Shown here one piece after another: positions 57,054 to 64,000 of a stretch of DNA of 64,000 nt. Position 1 is the stretch's first letter. Each line of letters opens with the position of its first letter. The notes under the pieces are model-generated. The model did not search any database and had not been told where the DNA came from. It saw only the letters and a list, made by a program, of their open reading frames with translations. The DNA comes from Candidatus Micrarchaeota archaeon (GTDB taxonomy: Archaea > Micrarchaeota > Micrarchaeia > Norongarragalinales > Norongarragalinaceae). The translations under genes and the position numbers were made by a program. The stretch is from NCBI GenBank assembly GCA_037444485.1, contig JBBIMI010000001.1:15526-79525 (forward strand), written 5' to 3'.

Positions 57054-58232
57054 TTGAAAAAAGATTATGACGCGGTTGTAGTCGGGGCTGGACCTGCAGG
57101 CAGCGTATTCGCGCGCACAGCTGCGGCGAAAGGACTAGATGTCCTAGTCGTAGACAAGAAAAAAGACTTGGGGACTCCAGTGCGTTGCGGCGAGGGACTC
57201 GACGCTAAATACTTTCGCGAGTTCGACTTGCCGCTAGTTCCAGGCGCACAACCATTTGAAATAAACGGGGCTGCCTTGTACGGCCCAAAGCGGCAGAAAA
57301 TCGTCTTACGCACCGCGATGACAAAGGGCTTCGTGCTCGAACGAAAGATTTTCGACAAGCACTTAGCGATTCAAGCGATTAGGAAAGGCGCGCACTTCCT
57401 ACCGAAAACCCTTGCAACAGGACTAATCAAAGAAGAGGGAAAAATTGCGGGCGTTAAAGCCATTCATGACGGCGTCGAACTCGAATTCCATGCATCCCTC
57501 ATAGTCTCAGCAGAAGGCATGGAAGCGAAAATAGCGCGCGAAGCCGGCTTTCCCGCGCTTGCGACGCTTTACGATACTGACACTTGTTACGAATACGAAA
57601 TGGCGAACGTCGAATGCGAAGACCTTATCGAAATTTATTTCGGCAACGAAATCGCGCCAAGAGGGTACGTATGGGTTTTTCCAAAGGGTAAAGACGTTGC
57701 GAACGTAGGCATCGGCGTGGGGGCGGCGACCGGCGCGAATCCGAAAGAACTTCTCGACCGTTTCATTGCAAGTGAAACGCGTTTCAAGTCAGCAGAGCCC
57801 ATTGAAGTAAAGGGAGGCTTAATCAGCGTGGGCGCGCCGATTCGCGAGTTCGTGAAAGACAATTTTATGGTAATCGGCACTGCAGCACACCAAGTAGACC
57901 CTATTCACGGCGGCGGCATCGGCCTCGCGGTCGAAGCCGGGTTCATCGCCGGCAACGTCGCCGCGGAAGCGGTTGAACAAAAAAATTTTTCGAAGAATTT
58001 TCTAGCGAAATACGAGCGCGAGTGGCGCGAGAGGGAAGGCGCGAAACTCGAAAAACGCTTGAAACTGCGTCACGTCATTGAAAAACTGAACGACGATGAC
58101 TTGAACCACATTTTTAATGAGGTGAATGAAGCTGATGTGGATGCGTTGCTGCGGGGCGAGTACAAGAGCGTAGTCGCAAAGGTTTTGTTGAAGCGCCCAA
58201 GCATGCTGAAAATTGTTTCCGCGCTCGCGTGA
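57054..58232 (+). CDS. Geranylgeranyl reductase (digeranylgeranylglycerophospholipid reductase; FAD-dependent).
   Basis: YDAVVVGAGPAGS FAD-binding fold, RCGEGL, and C-terminal GDAA/G.G motifs typical of GGR. Confidence 0.85.
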   Translation: MKKDYDAVVVGAGPAGSVFARTAAAKGLDVLVVDKKKDLGTPVRCGEGLDAKYFREFDLPLVPGAQPFEINGAALYGPKRQKIVLRTAMTKGFVLERKIFDKHLAIQAIRKGAHFLPKTLATGLIKEEGKIAGVKAIHDGVELEFHASLIVSAEGMEAKIAREAGFPALATLYDTDTCYEYEMANVECEDLIEIYFGNEIAPRGYVWVFPKGKDVANVGIGVGAATGANPKELLDRFIASETRFKSAEPIEVKGGLISVGAPIREFVKDNFMVIGTAAHQVDPIHGGGIGLAVEAGFIAGNVAAEAVEQKNFSKNFLAKYEREWREREGAKLEKRLKLRHVIEKLNDDDLNHIFNEVNEADVDALLRGEYKSVVAKVLLKRPSMLKIVSALA

Positions 58233-58368
58233 AACGCGGGGGGAGGGGTACAAGTTTAAAAATTTTGTTTTCTTTAAACAATTGGTTTGTTTGCAGTCAT
58301 TTGCTTTGATTCGCTTTGATTCCACGTTTGTTTTCGTGATTTTTGTTTTTGATGGAGGTAATAGTGTT

Positions 58369-58551
58369 TTGAAGTTGAAGTTAGACCAGTTAACTAATTA
58401 CGAGAAGGCGCGGCTTGTAGGCGCTAGGGCGTTGCAGCTTGCGATGGGCGCGCCGCCACTCGTGAAAGTGCCTGAAGGCGTCGTAGACGCGATCGTGGTA
58501 GCGCGCTTGGAATTCGAGAAAAACGTGATTCCGCTTCAAATAATTCGTTAA
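58369..58551 (+). CDS. rpoK: DNA-directed RNA polymerase subunit K (Rpo6 / omega-like).
   Basis: LTNYEKARLVGARALQLAMGAPPLVKVPEG...DAIVVARLEFEKNVIPL. TTG start at 58369 or 58375. Confidence 0.65.
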   Translation: MKLKLDQLTNYEKARLVGARALQLAMGAPPLVKVPEGVVDAIVVARLEFEKNVIPLQIIR

Positions 58552-58584
58552 CACGAGCGGAACGCTTGACGAACTTTAAAGAAA

Positions 58585-59808
58585 TTACTCGTAGCGGAGT
58601 GCATCCACGGGCTTTAGCGAAGCTGCTCGCCGCGCGGGTAAAACACCTGAAATCGCGCCTACCAAGAAAGAGAATGCAAGCGAGAAACCGATTAGTTCTG
58701 GCGTTATCGATGCTTTCAGGAACGATTCGCCTGCTTGCGCCGCGACTTCCTGCGCGCCTAAAGCCAAGACTAAGCCGAAGGAAACGCCTAGAATGCCACC
58801 CAGCAAGCCAAGCATTCCGGACTCTGTTAAGAAAAGCAGTAAGACATGCGAGTTTCTGGCGCCTATCGCCTTCATTACACCTATTTCCTTTGTTCTTTCG
58901 AGTACACCAGTGTACATCGTGTTCATTATTCCGATTCCGCCGACGAGCAGGGAAATTGCCGCAATGCCTATTACCGTCGCTTGGACGGCGCCCAGAATCG
59001 CACTGAAGGAAGCTGCGAGTTGTTCAGGGGTTTGCACTGAAAAATCTTCTTCTCCTTCTTTTTGGTGTCTTGAAGCACGCAGTTTCTTAAATATTTTTTC
59101 GCCCACTTGTTCCGCTGAAACGCCGGCTTGCATTTGAACGATTATCATGGAAACTAGTTTTTGTTCGTTAAACATTTCTCGCGCGGTTTCTATTGGAATA
59201 TAGATTTGACTATCGTCGTGCCTGCTGCCGACCGACTTCAATACGCCGACCACTCGAAAATCTTTGCCGTTCAACTTGATTTTGTCGCCGGGCCTAATTT
59301 TTTTCTTGAAAAACCCGTTTGCGAGGTAACTGCCGACTACCGCTGCGTACTTGTCACTGGTTTTAAAGTCCCTGCCTGCAGAGAGTTTGAAGCCCATCGC
59401 GTCTTTAAGCATGTCTTGCGTTTTGCCTAATGGAATGCTTACGAGGAACGTGTTTTTAGACTCGCCTGAAAATTCCATCGTAACGCTTTTAACCAATACT
59501 TCGCCTGCAAGGCTTACTCCAGCAATTTTTTTGATGTCGTTCACGTCGTCTGTGGTGAGTGGATGCGCGGATAACTCACTTGCGAAAGGCGAGGAAAACA
59601 TGCCGCCTGCAGAACCCATCACGATTATCTTGTCGGCACCCAGTTTTTGAAACTCTGCAGAAATCACGTTGTTCAAGCCGCTGCTTAACGATACGAGCGC
59701 CACTACGGCGGCGATGCCTATAAAGACGCCTATTACAGTAAGTAAGCTCCGCAATCGCCGGTGCGATAAGTTTCTTGAAGCGAGGTAAATATAGTTTACC
59801 AACCGCAA
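58585..59808 (-). CDS. ABC transporter permease, FtsX/MacB-like.
   Basis: N-terminal TM, large extracytoplasmic domain, and C-terminal three-TM FtsX domain (LLVGGIGIMNTM.., GA....V...FL.E). Confidence 0.8.
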   Translation of the reverse strand: MRLVNYIYLASRNLSHRRLRSLLTVIGVFIGIAAVVALVSLSSGLNNVISAEFQKLGADKIIVMGSAGGMFSSPFASELSAHPLTTDDVNDIKKIAGVSLAGEVLVKSVTMEFSGESKNTFLVSIPLGKTQDMLKDAMGFKLSAGRDFKTSDKYAAVVGSYLANGFFKKKIRPGDKIKLNGKDFRVVGVLKSVGSRHDDSQIYIPIETAREMFNEQKLVSMIIVQMQAGVSAEQVGEKIFKKLRASRHQKEGEEDFSVQTPEQLAASFSAILGAVQATVIGIAAISLLVGGIGIMNTMYTGVLERTKEIGVMKAIGARNSHVLLLFLTESGMLGLLGGILGVSFGLVLALGAQEVAAQAGESFLKASITPELIGFSLAFSFLVGAISGVLPARRAASLKPVDALRYE

Positions 59809-59932
59809 TCGCCTCGAGTTTGCTTCACGAAGTATTGTTTTTACTAATTCCAGGTTTTCAGGTTTTGTGGTGTTTCGCTGTTAGTTTTGTTGTGTTTTGC
59901 GCCGCATTCTGAAATTTTTGTAAATGGGTGGT

Positions 59933-61183
59933 TCAAACGCGTTTTCTGTGTGAAAACCATTTGAACAAGCGCCAAAGCACGTAGAATGCTATCAACGCGA
60001 TGACTGCGATTAGGACGGTATTTAAACCGCCTTTCTTTTCCAAATCCATTCGCGTTATTTCTTCTTCGGAATATAAGCGGAGGGAAACTTCCCGATATTC
60101 TTTATAGTTCTTGTTGTTCGCATCTTTGAAAGATATTTCCAGCGGAAGTTTGATTTGGCTTCCAGTGTTTGGCGAAACATAGAGAGAGTACTGTACTGTT
60201 TGATAATCACCGGAATCCAGTCCGCCGACGTAAACGTTTGCTGCTGAAAGCGTTTGAAACCCTGCGTTCGGTAGAAGGCGGACGGAGAGGAACTTCGCGT
60301 CAGAAAGGCCTTTATTCACTATTTTAATCACGATGTTTCCTGGTTGGCTTGTACGTAGGATTTCCGTAGATTCTAGTTCTATGAATATTTCTGGTTTGGC
60401 GTTGACTAGGAAAGCGATTGAATCATCGCGAGAGTAATTGTTTCCAGCGTCATCTACATACGAGAGCGAGAGCGTGGTTTTATAGAGTTTTGCCGCAGCA
60501 TCTGAAGCAGCCATCACGTTGAATTCAAGGGTTTTTTCTTCACCTGCATCCAAGTACTGTAGTCGTTGTTCGCTTCCGCTTTTTATGAACGCTAACGGAA
60601 TGGTTGGGGAGGATAAGTCTATTTTCAGCGCCACATCACGGACTGTCGAACTGGCTTGGTTTTTGATGTGCACTTTGACTATTGCTTCTTTACCAGGTTC
60701 TATTTCAAATGGTTCTGTTTCTATCTTCGTAACGCTTACGACTATGTCTTTCGGTTTCACTGTAATCGATAACTTGGTTGAAAGCCAGTCGCCTGGCTTT
60801 GAACGACATTTGAAGCTGATTTCATTGACGCCGAAAACCGCTTTTGAGTCAACGCGTAGTTTATACTTCAACACGACGCTTTGGCCTACTAACAACTGGC
60901 CCACGTAACGCGTCGCACTCTCGTTCGCGTCTAAAGAGAATGGAAAAACTGGTTCGAGCGCGCACTCCACGTTGTCGCTGGTTGCCGCGCTGTTCAAGAC
61001 ACTCACCCACAAGTCGATGTACTGCCCTGGTTCTGCTGGGTAAGGCTCGTATTTTAAAGCGGACAAGGAAAGCGTTCCACCAAGCAGCGGCGTTGCCGCT
61101 GCAGTAAAGCCAGCTAGAGCTAGAAAAGAGGCGAAAAACAAAACAATTATGCTTAATTTCGTTAATTCATTCATTTCAACCAA
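59933..61183 (-). CDS. Secreted, membrane-anchored beta-sandwich-rich protein, likely an accessory component of the flanking MacB-type ABC system.
   Basis: N-terminal signal/TM SIIVLFFASFLALAGF and C-terminal TM VLIAVIALIAFYVLW plus KWFSHRKRV. Lies between the permease and ATPase genes. Confidence 0.5.
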   Translation of the reverse strand: MVEMNELTKLSIIVLFFASFLALAGFTAAATPLLGGTLSLSALKYEPYPAEPGQYIDLWVSVLNSAATSDNVECALEPVFPFSLDANESATRYVGQLLVGQSVVLKYKLRVDSKAVFGVNEISFKCRSKPGDWLSTKLSITVKPKDIVVSVTKIETEPFEIEPGKEAIVKVHIKNQASSTVRDVALKIDLSSPTIPLAFIKSGSEQRLQYLDAGEEKTLEFNVMAASDAAAKLYKTTLSLSYVDDAGNNYSRDDSIAFLVNAKPEIFIELESTEILRTSQPGNIVIKIVNKGLSDAKFLSVRLLPNAGFQTLSAANVYVGGLDSGDYQTVQYSLYVSPNTGSQIKLPLEISFKDANNKNYKEYREVSLRLYSEEEITRMDLEKKGGLNTVLIAVIALIAFYVLWRLFKWFSHRKRV

Positions 61184-61235
61184 TTACCTGTTAGGTTTTT
61201 ATTTTCTTGAGTTGTTTCATTGTTTCACGTTGTTT

Positions 61236-61916
61236 TCACGAATGCTGCAGCATGCCGTCTCTCAAGTGCAGCGTGCGGTGCGCGATTTTCGCGTATTCAG
61301 TTTCGTGCGTCACCAATACTATTGTTTTATTTTCAGTTTCGTGGAGCTCCTCCAGTAAAGACATTATTTCCGCGCCCGCGCGCGAGTCTAAGTTTCCGGT
61401 TGGCTCATCCGCCAAGATCGTGTCTGGGTTTACTACGAGTGCGCGTGCTACTGCAACGCGTTGTTGTTCGCCTCCACTTAGTTCGTACGGCTTGTGATTC
61501 AGCCGCGCGCCTAAACCCATTTTTTCAAGCATTTTTCGCGCTCGAGTTTTCCGCTCTTTTTCTGGAACTTCTTGAAAAACGAGCGGCATTTCAACGTTTT
61601 CCTGCGCAGAAAGCGAGTGAATAAGGTTAAAGTTTTGGAAAACGAACCCGATTCTACGCCCCCTTATTTCAGCCAAATCGCTTTCGTTCAGTAAAGAAAT
61701 GTCTTGGCCGTCCAACAATATTCTTCCATGCGTTGGCAAGTCCAGGCAACCGATCAAGTGCATTAAAGTCGATTTTCCGGAGCCGCTTGGACCGACTATC
61801 GAAACGAATTCGTTTTCCGCGATTTTCAGGCTGACTCCGCGCAATGCAGGCACTTCAATCGCGCCCATTCTATAAATTTTTTTGACGTTTTGGAGTTCGA
61901 TTACCGTTCGTTTCAA
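61236..61916 (-). CDS. ABC transporter ATP-binding protein (MacB/LolD-like).
   Basis: GPSGSGKSTL, LSGGEQQRVAVARAL, ILADEPTGNLD, H-loop. Probable TTG start at 61916. The ORF extends to ATG 61979 with a hydrophobic leader. Confidence 0.85.
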   Translation of the reverse strand: MKRTVIELQNVKKIYRMGAIEVPALRGVSLKIAENEFVSIVGPSGSGKSTLMHLIGCLDLPTHGRILLDGQDISLLNESDLAEIRGRRIGFVFQNFNLIHSLSAQENVEMPLVFQEVPEKERKTRARKMLEKMGLGARLNHKPYELSGGEQQRVAVARALVVNPDTILADEPTGNLDSRAGAEIMSLLEELHETENKTIVLVTHETEYAKIAHRTLHLRDGMLQHS

Positions 61917-62030
61917 AGCACACCAACTCGATAGCGGAGAGCTAAAGAGAAAGATAAAGAAAAAGAGTTCTGAAAACATTAATTATTAATTGCAGATATA
62001 TTTAAGTCTTGGTTTTGAAGTTGGTTTCGA

Positions 62031-63185
62031 ATGAGTAAAGCGTTTCAAGCAACGCAAACAATGAGTAATTTAGACTTGTTTTACTTACTGCGGGAATTGA
62101 GGGTGTTGGAAGGCGCGCGGCTTTCGAAAGCGTACGGATTCGCGCCTAACGCGCCAAACGTTTTCCGCTTTAAGTTTAAGGCTTCTGGCGGCGAGTTAAA
62201 CCTGCACGTCGACTTGAGTGTCGGGATGTGGTTGACGAAGTACTTGAGGGAACCGCCGAGACAGCCTGACGCTTTTGTAACGAAATTGCGGAAGGATTTG
62301 GAGAACGCCCCGCTTTCTGAAGTAAAGCAATTAAATTTCGACCGAGTAGTTTCACTCGTTTTTTCTACTAAAGTTGGGGAACGCGTCTTGATTGTGGAAT
62401 TCGTCGGCAACGGCAACCTCTTATTGCTCGATGAAAACAAAAAAATAATTCAAGCACGCGAAAACCGTAATTACGTTGTTCGGAAGCTGCGTGCGGGCGC
62501 AAGGTACGTGCTTCCCTCGTCGGAAAAGAAAAACCCGAGCGAGCTTAATGAAAGCGACCTGCGTGGATTGCGCGGGGGCGTGGTTTCCGCATTGTTCAAA
62601 AAAGTGAATTTGTCGCCTTTTTACTTGGAGGAAGCCTGCGCGCGGGCTGGAATCGAGTTCTGTGAGAAAATCGAGGAACTTGAAGCAGAGAAACGAAAGG
62701 CGCTTGCCGACGCGTGCAGGAAATTGCTTGCAGAGAATTCCACGCCAAGAGTTTACGTTGTTGGCGGTCGGGCAGCCGCATTCGCACCCTTCGAATTAAA
62801 GAAATTAAGAAACGCGGCGAATAAAGAATTCGAGAGTTTTTCTAGAGCGTTGGATGCTTATTATGCGGAACTCGTTGGAGAGAGAGGCTCGCGCGAGGAG
62901 AAGGCGGAAACGCGTTTCGAAAAAGAATTAAGCGAGTTGCGCGCATTGCTTTCAAGGCAGGAGCTGTCAGCAAGCGCGTTAGACAATGAGGCTAGAGAAA
63001 AAAAGCTTTCTGGGGATTGGATTTGCGCCAATTCAGGTTTAGTCGAACGCGTTATCGAAGAAGCTCGCGCGCTTAAGAGCGGCGTCGATTCTAGGGAAGT
63101 TGAGCGCCGGATTGCGGCGTTGAGTGGAAAAATCAAAAAAACATCTATTGCTGGCGCTGAATTGATTATTGAAACTGGCGAGTAA
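62031..63185 (+). CDS. NFACT-N domain protein (archaeal Tae2/NEMF/RqcH/FbpA homolog) with a coiled coil. No NFACT-R domain is apparent.
   Basis: N-terminal FYLLRELRVLEGARLSKAY...LHVDLS....LTK....P.QP..F..KLRK.L.....EVKQLNFDRVVSLVF matches the NFACT-N pattern. Confidence 0.45.
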   Translation: MSKAFQATQTMSNLDLFYLLRELRVLEGARLSKAYGFAPNAPNVFRFKFKASGGELNLHVDLSVGMWLTKYLREPPRQPDAFVTKLRKDLENAPLSEVKQLNFDRVVSLVFSTKVGERVLIVEFVGNGNLLLLDENKKIIQARENRNYVVRKLRAGARYVLPSSEKKNPSELNESDLRGLRGGVVSALFKKVNLSPFYLEEACARAGIEFCEKIEELEAEKRKALADACRKLLAENSTPRVYVVGGRAAAFAPFELKKLRNAANKEFESFSRALDAYYAELVGERGSREEKAETRFEKELSELRALLSRQELSASALDNEAREKKLSGDWICANSGLVERVIEEARALKSGVDSREVERRIAALSGKIKKTSIAGAELIIETGE

Positions 63186-63232
63186 GGACGCGCAACACGA
63201 AACAAGAGCGGTAAGAATAAGAGTAGTAAGTG

Positions 63233-63502
63233 TTACTGCGGCGGATTAGTGAGGCTGCGGCGGTCTACAACCATTACGTCTTTAACGTCTAATACCGCGC
63301 TGTACGGAATCGTAACCAAATCAGTGCCTTCGTGTTTCGCGCGGGCGGCCAGGCTGGATTCCGGATTCGGTTCTAGCAAAACGCTTTCGAGTTTTCCAGT
63401 CAATTCATTCAAATACAAGTCTACGATGCGGCCTATTTCTTCCCCATCAGAAGTGATTATTCTTTTTCCAGCCAGTTGTTTGGCGATAGCGTACCTAACC
63501 AT
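63233..63502 (-). CDS. PRC-barrel domain protein.
   Basis: GKRIITSDGEEIGRIVDLYLNELTGKLESVLLEP fits the PRC-barrel pattern. Confidence 0.65.
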   Translation of the reverse strand: MVRYAIAKQLAGKRIITSDGEEIGRIVDLYLNELTGKLESVLLEPNPESSLAARAKHEGTDLVTIPYSAVLDVKDVMVVDRRSLTNPPQ

Positions 63503-63710
63503 TTCTTGTTTTCACCTGCAATAGCGAAAAACAGTTTTTAAAAGTTATCGAATTTCGAGTTGAAGTTATTTGTTTCACGCTATTTAAATATTTTTGTTTA
63601 AGAGTGTTAAGCTTTAAGGGCTTTAAGGAGAGCGAAACGCAAGTATTAATAACACCGTGTTTTTATATTGTTGGTTTTTCATTTGAACCAGACGATGCTG
63701 GAAAAACAAG

Positions 63711-63977
63711 GTGGTTTTCTTGAAGATAAAGGAAGAAGTGCTTAAAGTCATTGATGCTTTGAAAAAACAAGGCTTCAACCCAGTAGATGCTGTTTTCGAG
63801 GGCGCGCTTGGTGTGAAGGAGGACACCACCCTCGCTTTCATGGACAAGCTTAACGACGCTCAAATGGTTTCCGGCGTTATTAGAGTAATTTACACTGTTG
63901 ACGGGGAGAATGTTCGTTTCGTCGAGATTCCAGTCGGGCAAGGCGGCGGAGCCGAGGCTGCAAGCGCCGAAAAATAA
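63711..63977 (+). CDS. Small hypothetical protein.
   Basis: 88-aa ORF of coding composition with no recognisable motif. Confidence 0.3.
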   Translation: MVFLKIKEEVLKVIDALKKQGFNPVDAVFEGALGVKEDTTLAFMDKLNDAQMVSGVIRVIYTVDGENVRFVEIPVGQGGGAEAASAEK

Positions 63978-64000
63978 AATAATTAATGAATGAAAGCAAA

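Noticed and set aside
1-64000. CRISPR array or cas operon accompanying the Cas4-like gene
   Set aside because: No regularly spaced direct repeats of 24-40 bp with unique spacers occur anywhere in the window. The only tandem repeats are 2-copy duplications of 18-27 bp or low-complexity tracts.
1-64000. tRNA genes
   Set aside because: Intergenic regions were scanned for GTTCRANYC T-loop-like motifs with flanking acceptor-stem complementarity. None was convincing and no cloverleaf could be built by eye, so a tRNAscan run is still needed.

Overview
This 64 kb window reads as an archaeal chromosomal segment of roughly 47% GC and is densely coded on both strands. All calls below rest on reading the translated ORFs for recognisable motifs; no database search was possible.

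Housekeeping content:
- Translation and RNA processing: fibrillarin, a 5S rRNA with an upstream TATA-like promoter, the conserved L7Ae-S28e-L24e ribosomal cluster (L24e is under 60 aa and absent from the ORF track), S3Ae, S15, a valyl-tRNA synthetase-like class I synthetase, RpoK, and a beta-CASP RNase.
- tRNA modification: Trm5 and TYW1/Taw1 lie 2.7 kb apart.
- DNA metabolism: endonuclease III, a dCTP deaminase-family protein, a large Lhr-type DEVH helicase, a solo Cas4-like nuclease, an Orc1/Cdc6-like AAA+ ATPase and an archaeal histone.
- Isoprenoid synthesis: mevalonate kinase, phosphomevalonate kinase, diphosphomevalonate decarboxylase, a type-1 (Nudix) IPP isomerase, HMG-CoA reductase, the HMG-CoA synthase/thiolase/DUF35 trio, and geranylgeranyl reductase with its ferredoxin. 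This is a eukaryote-type mevalonate pathway.

Standout accessory content:
- 24.6-28.2 kb carries a complete eukaryote-like ubiquitin toolkit: a UBC-fold E2, a beta-grasp Ubl ending in Gly-Gly, a JAMM/MPN+ isopeptidase, a C4HC3 RING-like protein and a ThiF/UBA E1.
- The RNase HII gene is split exactly inside its conserved DEAGR|GPVIGP motif by a 31-nt perfectly palindromic insertion. Removing it restores the frame, so it is a candidate mRNA intron or a very recent insertion.
- An HD-domain gene carries three homopolymer-associated frameshifts.
- Two giant membrane-anchored surface proteins carry a recurring Cys-rich module.
- A 1.6 kb AT-rich island contains mini tandem repeats.
- There is a 680-bp ORF-less region.

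No CRISPR array, tRNA gene or obvious transposase was found.
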